Shown: piece by piece, positions 33,736 to 47,767 of the stretch
Layout: every line of letters begins with the position of its first letter
Position numbering within the stretch: position 1 is the first letter of the stretch
NCBI RefSeq assembly: GCF_027921745.1
Contig: NC_079239.1
Span: 3,162,001-3,226,000 of the forward strand
Length of the DNA: 64,000 nucleotides
Source of the DNA: Schizosaccharomyces osmophilus
Lineage: Eukaryota
Direction: 5' to 3'
Made by a program: the position numbers and the translations under genes
Notes under the pieces: model-generated
The model's database searches: none
What the model was told of the DNA's origin: nothing
What the model saw: the letters and a program-made list of their open reading frames with translations, nothing else

Positions 33736-35370
33736 TCAAAGCCATTTCGACATATAAGGTCCGTCCGACTCGTAGCCCAGCTTACGATAATATTTGCGTA
33801 CACCAACACCGGAAATTACACTCAATTTTTCACTGCCATGCTCTTCACGGGCTATCCGTTCGGCTTCCTCCAGCAACAATGTACCGAATCCTTGATGTTG
33901 AAACTTCTTTGGATCACGACTATGTAGAGGAACTGCGCTACCGTAAACGTGCAACTCACGCACCAATGAAGTCTGTTGTGGTTTTAATTCCGGACGATAA
34001 GTTGCTTCGGAGCATTTCCGAAGACGAAGTAAGCCAATCAAAATATCTTGCTTGGGATCTTCATACGACAAGAATGTTTCCCAACCTCCGTTGGCAGTGT
34101 AATCACGACGAAGCAACTCGACTTGTTCAGGATGAATTTTGTGATGGACTTCCTGCATACCAACTTCTCGTGCACGGATATCTCGGCATTTGGTGCCCAA
34201 ATCTTTCATTCGGTTCAAGGCCAATTCTCGAAGGTTACCAGTTTCAACCCCCGAACTAACCAAAGGCATAGGGATATCTCGTTGAATACGATAAATTCTT
34301 GTCCAAGGGGGTACAAGAGCCAAAATTCGTGCAATTAAATCTACCAAGGCATTGGGGGTATAGTTTTTGTAGCGACCCGTCTTCCACAACTCATAAAGTC
34401 CGGTACCACGAATCACAAGAGTGGGGTAGAGTTTAAGTCCATCAGTACGAAAAGCCGGGTTTTCGAAATATTCTTGAAACTGGAAAATGTCTCGTTCCAT
34501 ACCTACGTTTGGCAAATCAGGCATCATGTGAGTTACGACTTTGTACCCGACATCTTTTGCCTGCTGAAACGTCTCGCATACAGCCCTTACTGTATGACCA
34601 CGGTTCGTGTCTCGAGCAACGTCTTCATACACACTTTGAACACCCACCTCAAGACGAGTGCAGCCATAACGAAGCATTTCATCAAGATGTTGGTCCAAGC
34701 AATAGTCTGGTCTGGTCTCGATAGTAATTCCTACGCATTTAGTTTCTGATTGCTCAGAAAAACGAACTGCCTCATCCACATCCTCGGTAGTGGCACCCGA
34801 CAAAGCATTATGGAGATTGGCAATAAAATGATGGCGATACGATTCGGACAAAGACATAAACGTACCGCCCATAACAATGTACTCAACTTTGTCAACATTG
34901 TGGCCCAAAGAACGAAGTTGCTCTACACGCCCTCTTGCTTGTTCATAAGGGTCATAGCGAGCACGAATGGCTCGCATACTGGTTGGTTCGTAACCAGTAT
35001 ATGATTGCGTCGAATACTCAAAATCAGAGTCTGGTCCTCCCGGGCAGTAAACGCATACGTTACCCGTCATCGCAATATGAGGGCATCTGTGAGGCTTACA
35101 CATTACAGCAACGACTGCAATACCGGATGCCGTTCGCACTGGTTTCGCCCGCAGCTTTCTCATTAACGAATCCTTTAAATATGCATCTGGGGGAATCGCA
35201 GCAATAATATCGGTTAGTCTGGGGGACTCTGGCAATTGATGTTTCTTCGAAATTCTCATCTTTAACGCGTTTAAGTTGATAACCTTGTTTTGGTTTTCAG
35301 AGGCAATTAGCTCTGCAACAATTTCTGTGCATGCCTTTGCCTTCATAAAGGCAAGATTGGATGTAGACAT
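33736..35370 (-). CDS. elp3: Elongator catalytic subunit Elp3 (radical SAM plus KAT), 544 aa
   Basis: [36 protein letters not shown]. Confidence 0.97.
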   Translation of the reverse strand: MSTSNLAFMKAKACTEIVAELIASENQNKVINLNALKMRISKKHQLPESPRLTDIIAAIPPDAYLKDSLMRKLRAKPVRTASGIAVVAVMCKPHRCPHIAMTGNVCVYCPGGPDSDFEYSTQSYTGYEPTSMRAIRARYDPYEQARGRVEQLRSLGHNVDKVEYIVMGGTFMSLSESYRHHFIANLHNALSGATTEDVDEAVRFSEQSETKCVGITIETRPDYCLDQHLDEMLRYGCTRLEVGVQSVYEDVARDTNRGHTVRAVCETFQQAKDVGYKVVTHMMPDLPNVGMERDIFQFQEYFENPAFRTDGLKLYPTLVIRGTGLYELWKTGRYKNYTPNALVDLIARILALVPPWTRIYRIQRDIPMPLVSSGVETGNLRELALNRMKDLGTKCRDIRAREVGMQEVHHKIHPEQVELLRRDYTANGGWETFLSYEDPKQDILIGLLRLRKCSEATYRPELKPQQTSLVRELHVYGSAVPLHSRDPKKFQHQGFGTLLLEEAERIAREEHGSEKLSVISGVGVRKYYRKLGYESDGPYMSKWL

Positions 35371-35839
35371 CTTCCCTGCTTTATTTTTTTATAAATACCT
35401 CCTCAATGGAGGATATGGCTGAATGGTAGAATTTTGAACCAGATAGGTTGAAGGCATGTTACAACAAAAGCACCTACATTTTATCCTTCCTCATCTCCAG
35501 AGAACACTAATTACGATAATGATACGCTAAAGTTGCATATCTTACATTACGCATCTTAACGCATCGGTATCTACGCTTAAGTGTGAATATCACAACTACA
35601 GGTATATCAGCAATTCATACACTGTTAGTATTTCATTCTTTTCAGTACTGACTTTGTTTTGTATATAATACCAAAGCATTTTTTGCTTTTAAATTACATT
35701 CGTTCATTCGTCCTTTTTTCCAATCACGAACAATTCCACTGCTAGCAATTGGGCATCTACGTGTAATTCTCTGATGGGTTTCTCTTTCAGTTAGTTCATC
35801 CTAAATACAAGTTCATTTGATCGTGTTTCTGTGTAGACA

Positions 35840-38800
35840 ATGGAGATACAATTGCAAAATTTAGGATCAGATGAATTTTCAGAATATACGTATACGTACT
35901 TACTGAATCAGAGATTGGTTTTATCAGAAGAAGAAAGCGTTGTTCTGCATCCTTATAAAGAAAGTTCTCAAAGGGCGCTTGTGTTAACCATATTAGAAAT
36001 TCTTTCTTTGGGACTTTTCAAATTATTCATCCTATGGTTTCCTCAATGTAGGGTCAGTTGGACCAGTCAGTCATGTGGGATCAAAGATATAGAGTATGTG
36101 GAAGTCATTGATCAAAAAGGGAATAGCTCTCTTCAGAAGGTGTATAAACGATCGTTTCAAGAACCGATCCCAGCCTCAAATTCGCAATTACCAACACAAA
36201 GATCCATTCCGTACTTCAACTATAAAAGCTTAAAGATATATTTAAACGTCGCAACGTTCAAATGGGTTTTGCTCTCATCGGAGGTACACGCTTTTCAGTT
36301 GTTCGCGTCTCAACCAAGTTATCTCAATTGGGGTCTCAATACTCAAACAGTCTCTAACCTTCGACAAATATATGGACAGAATTTGTTGAAGCTAGAAAAG
36401 AAAACGATAGCGAGCATACTTTTCCATGAGGTATGACTACCATTCCTTGGTTAGCGTGTATTGTTGAAATACTAATATACGTCTCTAGGTATTGCATCCT
36501 TTTTATTTATTCCAACTATTTTCCGTCATTCTTTGGCTTTTTGATAGTTTTGTCTTTTATTCCTGTTGTATTTTTATGATTTCGTTATGTAGCATATACT
36601 TTGCTATTAAAGAATCAAAAGCTTCTGATGCCCGTATACATTCGATCATAGGCGATTCTGATACGTTTACCGTGATTCGCGATAAAAGAAAGAAGAAATT
36701 ATTCGGAGATGAATTGGTAACTGGCGACCTTGTTTGCCTGACTAGCGACGACCGTAAAGTTTGCCCTGTTGATGGTATCCTACTTTCTGGTACTTGCATG
36801 GTAGACGAGAGCATGCTTACTGGAGAATCCGTACCTGCAAATAAATGTGCTCTTAAAGACCTGTCCTTAAAATCTTTCCTTAGTAACGCTGATAACGTTT
36901 TTTCGCCCCACGTACTTCATGCTGGAACAAAATTTTTACAAATAAATAGCAGAATGGAAATGCCTTGCTATGTTATTGCTATCCGGACGGGCTTTTCGTC
37001 CAGAAAGGGGCAGTTGATTCGGGATTTACTATACCCTCAAGCAAGAGTTTCACAGTTGTACAAAGATTCGATGTCTTTTCTGAAATTAATGATCATCTTC
37101 TCTCTTTTTTCTGTTTTCTTCCTTGCTCTATATTTATATAGGCACAAGGCTCATTTCAGTCATATCATTCTTCGATCATTGGATGTCGTTACCATTCTAA
37201 TTCCTCCAGCATTACCTGCTACCCTATCCATTGGAATCGCAAATGCTATATACAGGCTCTCTCAGAGATGTATATTAACTTCAAATCCGGAGTGGTAAGT
37301 TCGTATTTGAACTCAATCTTCATTTATTAACCAGTTTTTTAAAGCATATCCACCGCTGGAAATACCGATATATTTATTTTTGACAAAACAGGTACTATCA
37401 CAGAAGAAAATGTCCAGTTGTCTTGTACGTATATTAGAGATATACACAATAATTTGGAGATTGCTCAATGTGCTAACAATTTTTTAACACCACATTCAAT
37501 TATTTCAAAAATAAGCATTTGCTGTCAATCCTTACAAATAATTAATGGAAGTATTATAGGTGATCCTTTGGAACTAGCATTGTTTGGAGTTTTTCAAGGA
37601 CGCTTTATAAATTCATCTGAACTTGATATTGGAATGCGCAATGCTTTATTTACAGTAACAGATGGACAAAAAAGCCAAGAAAGTGTGTATACTGTAACAA
37701 GATCTCTTGAATTCGATCCTGTCATAAGGAGAATGTCTGTCATCGCTGTCGGTAATAATAAAAAACCCCCAATGCTCTTTTCAAAAGGTGCGGCTGAATC
37801 AATCTTGAGCATTTGTTCGCCAAAAACGATTCCAGGAAATTTTTTCCATTTACTAGAGGTACTTTCGTCGAAAGGGTTTAGAGTATTAGCATGTGCCTGG
37901 AAGCCTCTCAAAACCGACACGGACTTGCAACAGATATCTCGTGGGTCACTAGAAAAGGACTTAATTTTTGAAGGATTATTCGTCTTTGAAAGCAAAATAA
38001 AAAAGGAATCGCCTAGTGTGATGAATGTTCTTAATAAAGCAAACATTCACATTGCCGTATGCTCAGGTGATAGTTTATGGACTAGCGTGTACGTCGGTAG
38101 ACAGTCCGATGTTTTTGACTCCTCTTCGTTTGTTTATGTTGAGGATAACGAAGAAAATTCTGAATATGTCCAGTCGATCAACGACGAAGTAAAATTCAAG
38201 CTTTACAACGTCAAGGAGGATTGCTATTTACCCACTGCAAATCCTGTGAGCTTTAATTGTATTATAAACGATGATAACGCAGCTATGGCGATAACTGGGG
38301 GATTGTTACGAAAATTATCGGAGTGTCTTAATGAAGAAAAATTGAAAAGTATTATAAAGAAGACGAAAATTTTGGCCCGGATGTCCCCGATTGAAAAACT
38401 TAAATTTGTCGAGCTTTGTAGAATGTTTCAATTTAATGTTGGGTTTTGTGGTGACGGAGCAAATGATTGTTTAGCTCTTAAACGTTCTGATGTGAGTGTG
38501 TCTCTATCGGATACTGAGGCTTGTGCTGCTGCCTCATTTATAAGTCAAAAGAAGTCTATTTTTGACACAATTACAATAGTATTAGAAGGAAGGTGTTCCA
38601 TTGTCACCAGCTATCGTTGTTTTCAATACATGGTAATGAGTGCGGTTATCCAATTTTCGGGAACGTTTCTTTTATACCTAAGGAACTATAATTACAATGA
38701 CTCGCAGTTTCTATTTATGGATTTTGCAGTCGTTTTCCCTTTGTCTGCTGCAATGAGCCATTTTACACCAAGTGATGCACTTACTTCCAACGCACCTTCC

Positions 38801-39275
38801 ACAACTTTATTTAAGAAATCAAGCTTGAATTTTTTAGGAATACTTTCAGGAGTGATTATATTGTCGCAATGGCTACTGAATGTGTTTTGTATAAAGTTTG
38901 ATTCGACTGCTCTTCCAACATGGCAGGCCGGAAAATCAGATACAGAAAACGCCTTAGTTTCTTGCTCATTTTTATTAACTTGCTTACAATACATTGGAGT
39001 AAATCTTGTCATCAATCGGAAATCCGAGTTCCTTACTCCTACATGGAAAAACAGTAAGTAAAATTACGCGGCATTGTCATTTATTAACGATGTTTTTAGA
39101 GACTTATGTTGCGTCTTGTATAATTATTGGGATTGTTTGCCTCTTCATGTGCTTTTTAACCAGCAAAGTTTGGGTTTCTAAAGTGTTACACATTGTGTCC
39201 TTACCTATATCTTATCGGTTCATCGTCGTGTTTTTAGGTACAAGTCCGTTTTTAATTCTTTATTTTATCCTCTAA
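35840..39275 (+). CDS. cta5: P5B-type ATPase Cta5, about 1093 aa, 4 exons
   Basis: Exons 35840-36430, 36489-37294, 37345-39053, 39100-39275. Motifs TGES, PPALP (P5B), DKTGT (restored by splicing), KGAAE, GDGAND. Confidence 0.88.
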
Positions 39276-39404
39276 TTAACGGAGCGCATAATCCTCACGG
39301 ATTGTAAATAGTTAAAAACAAAATAGACTCCATATATAACCAGTATAATTTATTTAGACTTATAATTATAATCTCAAAATCAATTTTGAAGGGTACCCTG
39401 CTTT

Positions 39405-40823
<1,419 letters not shown>

Positions 40824-40882
40824 TTTGTTTTCCTATATTGTGTTTTATGGCAGTTGGTAAGTCGCGTCTCATCCACTGTTCT

Positions 40883-41440
40883 ATGAAGCAACAACCTAGC
40901 TAAATCTGTCTGGCCAGCATTGGACGTAATTCTTTAGTAAGTTTTAGTTTACTATCTTCATTGAAGAGTAAAGAAATCTTTTTCAATGGTGTCTTGGCCG
41001 ACCTGAGAAAAAGCCGTTCTATGTTCCCTAACGAATTTTACGAGCTCACTCTAAATGACTTACTCGAGGTTGTGAATTCGTTTTATGATTCAATAGAAAA
41101 CTTATTGTATTGATTTTTTCCTCTTCATCCATCATAGCGATCCTCGCGACATGTTGTTCTCGGATTTTGCCTTTGTTTTTGAACTATACGAGAAAAGCAT
41201 CTTTGAAACGGAACTGCAAGGACTTTTAATGAATTGTTAATTTTGAAGCTTCACGAATTGATAAACATTACGATCCTTAAAATTTTATCCTACATCATGT
41301 CCTCCGAAGGGTTTCTTCTAACAGAGGATACTGTTGCTTTTTTACAAATTGAACGAGAAATGCTGTGCTATATTGTGGTATATCATTGCTATGGAATAAA
41401 CTGCTTCATTCAGGAAAACTTGCCTGCGATGCTAAACTGA
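40883..41440 (+). pseudogene. Possible decayed lineage-specific ORF (stop codons and frameshifts)
   Basis: ATG at 40883 is followed by an in-frame TAA at 40901, then abutting open segments 40904-41113, 41109-41240 and 41234-41440 in different frames with protein-like composition. No family recognised. Confidence 0.2.
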
Positions 41441-41963
41441 CACATGCAAAGTCGACAGTCTGGTCCACCAAAACTCCGTGCTCAAAAACAAAAAACAATC
41501 CGCTTCTCACAGGATGTTCTATCAAATTGACACATTACTGGCAGACCTACGAAAATAATCACGTATATGATCAAAGTACCACACTGAGAGGTTCAAGAGA
41601 TTTTCATCACCCTTCCATTTGTTTGGCTTCCAAACGAAATGTTTTTAAGAATGGATTGCTTATTAGCAGTAGAATCTCAATGCTGAACTTCATCCTCTAC
41701 AATCTATTCAATACACTGGAAGCCTTCTGTACTTCTTTTACACAATTTCTGCAAATACCTTTATTTCAACTTCGTGAAATGTCAGTTGTTTATGGTTTTT
41801 TTTTTAGAAAATACATATATATATATAACGAGAGCAATTCATTCAAGCTATTTCTATGTCTGGCTTGACATCTGAATGTTTACGCCCATGACGTTGTTTC
41901 CTAATACATCTACTTTCAAGATTTCTCACGAACAACTCATACCCTTTTTGTCGACACCAAAAA

Positions 41964-42508
41964 ATGAATTTCTTCCGTTCTCAATTCTCTTCTTTGCCTC
42001 TTTTTTATCCTAGCTCAATTTTATGTGAGTCTGGTCCAACTGCTACTGCCGTTCGAACCACGAATCGCTTCAAACTGAACTACCGCCAAATCTTTACAGG
42101 AAGCTCACTTGGCCTAGCCGCTGGCTTTGCACTTGGTAAATTCGGTCAGCTCTTCATTGTAGCTGCCTCAAGCGTCCTTGCCACCATTGCTGTAAGAATA
42201 ACACCTTCAACTTGAAAGAGCCAAAAGGGTTCATGACTGGAATCCTTCCCTCAAGTCAAGCTATTACGGTAAAACACTAACTCATCGTATAGTATATCAA
42301 TACAAAAGGTCTGATAAAAATAAACTGGTCTCAAATTCAAAACAGGTTTATCGGCCAAACCGAACGTTTTGGTGACCTTGGTACCAACGTTTCAGAGCAT
42401 TTACCGGCTCAATCAACATTCACCAATATACGAAACTGGGCTTTGACGAACCCCTGTTTTAAACTGAGTTTCCTGTCGGCGTTCTACGTTGGCTTATCAT
42501 CTGCTTGA
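41964..42508 (+). CDS. FUN14-family mitochondrial outer-membrane protein, 147 aa, 2 exons
   Basis: Exons 41964-42191 and 42293-42508. QIFTGSSLGLAAGFALGKFG..YINTKGLIKINWS..SFLSAFYVGL. Confidence 0.85.
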
Positions 42509-43161
42509 TTAATTTCTTTTTAGTTGGAAGTTTTACATCCTATCTTTTTTTCATGAATTATGCTACGGAAGCTTTCCTTATTTTATGACATTATTTTTAC
42601 TCATGAGTTATTCATACATACCCTTTTACTAGTTGACAAGCAAAGAGAATTGTAGTGATGAATGAGCAAGTAGAACGGCCCTTCATTGCTTGGGCAAGGA
42701 ATGAACTATGTAAACGTGATTATTGCAGACAGAGGAATAAAAACGGAACCATTATAGTTTTTGAAAAAAAAAAAAGTGATCGTGCTTACTTGATTTGACG
42801 CTTCATAAAACGAATATCACAAGCAGGTCTGATCTGTAGAATTTTTTGTGCTACATTTATATGTATTTTTAAAGATATTCTACTTATACAAACAAATCTC
42901 AATTACTAAAAAAGAGTAACCATTTTTAAGAAGTCAGAAATAATGTCTATTAAATAAACTGAGTAGCGTTAAGATCATTGTGTATTCTCCAACAACGGAC
43001 AATGTACAAAATAAATATGTCAGTTGAAAACTCTCAATTGGCAAAAATACATTTATGCATTAACATATAAACAATAGAATAATTATAAGATAGAGTGCAT
43101 TTGCAAGGAATCAAAAAGGGGCAGTTAGTTATATTGGCAACATTTGCGATTTTCAACCAAT

Positions 43162-45150
43162 TTATAATCCAGCACTACCATATTCACATAACTTAATGGA
43201 TCGAACCCATTCACTTTTCATAATTTGTTTCGCGGTCAAACGATAGCTAGGATTAGGATGGAGAATATTATATAGAGTGTTTCGACACCGCGACCGTTCT
43301 AACATTTCAATCGGCTCGTATCCACTCTCATCCTTTCGATCCATCAAATACTTTGCATAAAATTCATCTTCACTTTTCTTTGCAACTCGCCATAAGTGTC
43401 TACCGGTGCGCATGGCCATATAAATAACACCACAAGCCCACACGTCTACAGCACGAGGGTCAAACTCATTCTCAGTATATTCCTCGGGCGCAATATAAGG
43501 AGCAGAACCACAGAGGCCACAGGTCATGTGTGCTTCTTTTTCCCAAGCCATTCGGAAACACTCACCATTACCAAAATCAGTTATTTTTATACTGCCGTTA
43601 ATAGTGAGCAATAAATTTTCTGGCTTTAGGTCTCGATGAGCAACACCCATATCATGCAGATAATCAACACCTCGCATGAGCTGTTTGAAAAAGCAGTCAG
43701 CTTCCATAGGCTCAAGCCGTCCAGCAGCCATAATTAAAGTATACAAATCACCGCCAGAACAAAGTTCCATAACTTCACAATAGTCACCTTTGTTGTCCTG
43801 AATCAAATCCAATGTATGAATGACATTGGGATGGCGCAAAGACGAAGATATACAAAATTCCGAAGTAAGACGTTTTGTATATTTTTTCTGTGATTCTGTC
43901 GGTTTACGTCTAAATTCCTTCACCGCATAAAGCAATTCCGACCTAGAATTCTGTGGATCAACTTTGTGAGATATCCGTACAACGCCAAAGGCGCCTCGAC
44001 CAATAACTTCCTGACAGCGTCCATACTTTTCTACAAAGCTAGCAGACACTTTGCCAAAATTTTTGTCAGCAAGTTTCTCCTGACCGTATCCATTTATCCA
44101 AGATTGAACCAAACTGAGCTGATGCTGAGAGTCAGCTGCAGCCTCTTTTGCGGCACGCTCCTCTTCGCGTTTTTTACTGCTTCCGGCAAGGAAGTCCTTT
44201 AACATCTTACCTAGCTTTTCCTGGCGCTTAGCAGGACGAAGCTGATGGGTATGGCTACCGTCATCATAAACAGTAAATCGAGATAGCTTTGCATTTTGGT
44301 TCGCACTGGAAGAGCTGTTCGGGACACCGGAGGCTCCAGTTTCGCTACCATTTGTGCTGTTTGTTTCTTCAGTATTAGTGTTCGCCGAAGGTTTGTTTTT
44401 ATTGTTCTGGCGATTAACAGACGATTGCGAAAAAATGCGTTGTAATCTAGAAACTGGATTTTTAGAAGGAGTCGCAGTGGTGGAAATAGGAGTCGGGGCA
44501 GGAACGGGTCCATTATTGTTGGTAGCACCATTTGGATTTGGTGCAGCTGTTGGTGTGGGCTTATGGGGGGTGTTGGAAGAAGAATTAGCCCGAGAGACAG
44601 ATGCAGAGGAAGCGGGAGTAACGATTGGAGAATGGGCAGCGCTTGTCTGGGGTTTGGAATGAGGAGGAGCACCCAACATAAAAGATGTAGGTGTGCGAGA
44701 GGGTTTCGTCGGGGGAGGCATGGCGGTTGGCTCTTTGGTTTTATTTTGGGATATCGGAGGCTTCGAAGTTGTATTGTGTTGTTGACCTGTTGCTGACGAA
44801 TTGGGTGCAATAGCATCAACAGAACCAATCCGACTAGGAGTTGCGGAGGGATCCGGTGAATGGACCATTTGAGCACCATAGTTGTCATTTGATCGAAGCT
44901 TGTCGCTTTCCAGTGGTTCTTCGTAATTCATCTGTTTCCCAGGATCTTCGTTATTAGCAATACCGTTGTTGTATTCAACAGGAACAGCATCCCCATTCGA
45001 AGATGATGATGCAGGCAATCGTTCAGCATTGGCATCTTCATCAGAGTGGTGGTGATGCTTAGGTATATCCACTACCTGCTTCGATGCATTTTTTACTGAA
45101 TCCACCCCTAAAGAAGCAACTTTGGAAGATATGTCTTCCACTCGATCCAT
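43162..45150 (-). CDS. hal4: Ser/Thr kinase Hal4 (Npr1/Hal family), 662 aa
   Basis: GRGAFG, YAVKEF, SEFCISSSLRHPN, HRDLKPEN, DFG, GSAPYIAPE. Low-complexity N-terminus. Confidence 0.92.
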   Translation of the reverse strand: MDRVEDISSKVASLGVDSVKNASKQVVDIPKHHHHSDEDANAERLPASSSSNGDAVPVEYNNGIANNEDPGKQMNYEEPLESDKLRSNDNYGAQMVHSPDPSATPSRIGSVDAIAPNSSATGQQHNTTSKPPISQNKTKEPTAMPPPTKPSRTPTSFMLGAPPHSKPQTSAAHSPIVTPASSASVSRANSSSNTPHKPTPTAAPNPNGATNNNGPVPAPTPISTTATPSKNPVSRLQRIFSQSSVNRQNNKNKPSANTNTEETNSTNGSETGASGVPNSSSSANQNAKLSRFTVYDDGSHTHQLRPAKRQEKLGKMLKDFLAGSSKKREEERAAKEAAADSQHQLSLVQSWINGYGQEKLADKNFGKVSASFVEKYGRCQEVIGRGAFGVVRISHKVDPQNSRSELLYAVKEFRRKPTESQKKYTKRLTSEFCISSSLRHPNVIHTLDLIQDNKGDYCEVMELCSGGDLYTLIMAAGRLEPMEADCFFKQLMRGVDYLHDMGVAHRDLKPENLLLTINGSIKITDFGNGECFRMAWEKEAHMTCGLCGSAPYIAPEEYTENEFDPRAVDVWACGVIYMAMRTGRHLWRVAKKSEDEFYAKYLMDRKDESGYEPIEMLERSRCRNTLYNILHPNPSYRLTAKQIMKSEWVRSIKLCEYGSAGL

Positions 45151-45410
45151 TTTTTGCTATTTCAGCACAAAAGTTCCTCCAAAAAAATAAATGTATGTGC
45201 TACTATATGAGAACAACTCGCAATTTTCGTCGGATTCTTGATTCGTCTCGTTCTTTTCAGAGATAAGAATCTCTTGAGACTTTAAGAAACAAGTTAAAAG
45301 GCAGAAAAAAGCCCTGAAAGCCGCTACAAACTGATTTTTTGGTGTTGCCAATAACTTAAGGTATGTAGTGAACGGATGACTGCAAGTTGCCAACCCAAGT
45401 CAAATGAGGC

Positions 45411-45712
45411 TGACGTTTACAAGCTGCACTGTATTTATGTATAATGCATTCGAGCGCGGTGCGGCTCGCTAATGATCTATGACAAAAGAAGTATGAAAAC
45501 AAAGACGAAACGAAGGTTTTCGTCAATTTCTGGCAGGTGGTTTAAAAAAACAGCAAGAAAATTGGAAAGAATAAAATTTGGTAATTCCAAGAACAATAAA
45601 ACCAGATACCTGTTTCCTAACGTAAACAAACGCGAAATTCAGATCCTAGTGACTGCTTTTGCGAACCAAACAAACGAAAAATCAGTAATAAGCGTTGCCA
45701 TTTGTTACGTAA
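45411..45712. promoter_or_regulatory. CRE, forkhead and Pap1-type motifs upstream of hal4
   Basis: TGACGT 45411-45416, GTAAACAAA 45622-45630, TTACGTAA 45705-45712. Confidence 0.4.
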
Positions 45713-46414
45713 ATAATGAAAAAGAAAAGGTCGTAGCTTACGCAGCATAGGAATTGACTTGACTCTGAAAGACAACATAAAAAAATTTGGCAAAATATTG
45801 CTCTAAAGCATATTTCGCTTATACATTTCCCTTGGTTGTGTTATATATGGTTGGTTGTATAGTAGAATCGAGGTGCAAGTCACTGTTGTCGTTAATATAT
45901 ATACGATATTACTTCTGTTTTGATACGATTATTGTATAATTATATGGAATTCACTGTTGTAATGAATAAACAAAGAGTTAAAAGAAGAAAAAAGAGAATC
46001 AGAAAAACAAAGACATTATTATTGTGTCTCAAAATGCAGCACCGACGATTTCTTCTTAAAAATGACTATGAAAAGGGAGATCCTCAGGAAGCGATAAGGA
46101 CAACGAAGAAACAACTGCGGTACAATTGTAGGAAAATTGGAACTCGAGAAGCATCTTGAATAGAAGCCGTAGTAGTTTGCAATGATTTCCTTGAATCATT
46201 CGTGTGAAACAAGACCAGAGCAATGTCATAGTCATCTTGACATTTCTAACAGTATGCCAGCACAGTAAGCAACATACAACTATGAAAAAAAGTTATTTTC
46301 TACAATTAGTTTGGTTAATTGAAGTCCAATACAGTCGTCCCGTTCAATTTTAACATAAACTTCTACGTCTATAGGATATGCATATACATTTACTAAACCA
46401 AATTTATCCACAAA

Positions 46415-47767
46415 TTAGTTCTTTCCCTTTTTGGAAGTAGAGTTCTTAGGAAGCTCCTTGGTGAAAGGCAAGAAGGTCTTTCCACCCATATAAGGTTGAA
46501 GAGCCTTGGGAACATTAATACCATCAGGAGTTTGATAGTTTTCAATGATGCAGCAAATAGCACGCTCAGTAGCGCAAAGAGTGGAGTTCAAGCAGTGAAC
46601 GTACTTCTTCTCACGATCACCCATCTTTTTCACACCGCAACGGATTTCCAAATTACGGGATTGATAATCGGTGCAGTTGGAGCAAGAAACAAGCTCCTTG
46701 TACTCTCCTTGGTAAGGGAACCAAGCTTCCAAATCAAATTTCTTAGCAGCAGCATTGTTCAAAGCACCAGAGACAATGGAGACCACACGGAAAGGAATTT
46801 CCAAAGCTTTGTAAAACTCTTCAGCATGATTCATCATATCATCAAAGGCTTCCCAAGATTTTTCAGGCTCAGTTAAAACAAATTGCTCAATCTTCTCAAA
46901 AGCGTGGACACGGAAAATACCCCAGGCATCACGTCCGTGAGATCCAGCCTCACGGCGATAGCAAGTGCTATAGCCAGCATACTTGATGGGAAGTTGCTCA
47001 GCAGGCTTTTCAAACCATTCATTGCTGTGGTAAGCAGAGATGGGTTGCTCAGAGGTAGCAACCAAGTAGCGTTCCTCATCACCATCAACTACCTTGTACA
47101 ATTCTTCGTCAAACTGTTCCAGTTGGGCAGTTCTGGCCATTACGTCTTTGTTCAACATGGTAGGAGCCTGTAAGGCAGTGTAGTCGCGTTGATACAAAAA
47201 GTCCAAACCAAACTGGATCAAGGCCAAGTTTAGAAAGACACCATACTGACGGAGGAAGTAGCCTCTGTGGCCAGCAACCTTCACACCACGCTCAGGATCG
47301 TAACCGTCCAAACGAGTTAATACTTCGTGATGAGAAAGGCAATCTCTCTTTTCAGCAGTAACACCAGCAGGGGCCCAAGTGCGAATCACTTCGTTGTTGT
47401 CTTCGTCCATGCTAATAGGGACCGAATCATGAACAATGTTACCAATAGATTGAACAACAGTGAGCATTTCTTTATTCTTGGCGGTTTCTTGTTCAATCAA
47501 GTTCTTTTTTCTTTCAGTCAAGGCATTCTTTTCAGCCAAAAGCTCAGAGGCATCTTCCTTTGCCTTCATCTTCATACCAATTTCCTTCTGAGCACGATTC
47601 ATCGACTTGTTGGTATTATCGAGCTCAAAACGAAGAGCAACCCATTCCTTGTACATTTCAATAACACGGTCAACCACGCCAACATCAGCACCGCGCTTTC
47701 TTTGAGATTCACGGATCAACTCTGGGTTTCCTCCCTTTTCCGTTTGAAACAAGTTAATGTCCAACAT
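46415..47767 (-). CDS. srs1: Cytoplasmic seryl-tRNA synthetase, 450 aa
   Basis: MLDINLF..KGGNPE, ATSEQP, CYRREAG..GIFRVH, ELVSCSNCTDYQSR, LNSTLCATER. Confidence 0.95.
   Translation of the reverse strand: MLDINLFQTEKGGNPELIRESQRKRGADVGVVDRVIEMYKEWVALRFELDNTNKSMNRAQKEIGMKMKAKEDASELLAEKNALTERKKNLIEQETAKNKEMLTVVQSIGNIVHDSVPISMDEDNNEVIRTWAPAGVTAEKRDCLSHHEVLTRLDGYDPERGVKVAGHRGYFLRQYGVFLNLALIQFGLDFLYQRDYTALQAPTMLNKDVMARTAQLEQFDEELYKVVDGDEERYLVATSEQPISAYHSNEWFEKPAEQLPIKYAGYSTCYRREAGSHGRDAWGIFRVHAFEKIEQFVLTEPEKSWEAFDDMMNHAEEFYKALEIPFRVVSIVSGALNNAAAKKFDLEAWFPYQGEYKELVSCSNCTDYQSRNLEIRCGVKKMGDREKKYVHCLNSTLCATERAICCIIENYQTPDGINVPKALQPYMGGKTFLPFTKELPKNSTSKKGKN

Noticed and set aside
35515..35580. Repeated TACGC/ACGCATC words in the elp3-cta5 divergent promoter
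   Set aside because: Too short and degenerate to assign to a factor without cross-species footprinting.
41365..41868. 167-aa GTG-started ORF
   Set aside because: Non-ATG start, no motif, and it runs through poly-T and TA repeats typical of promoter DNA.
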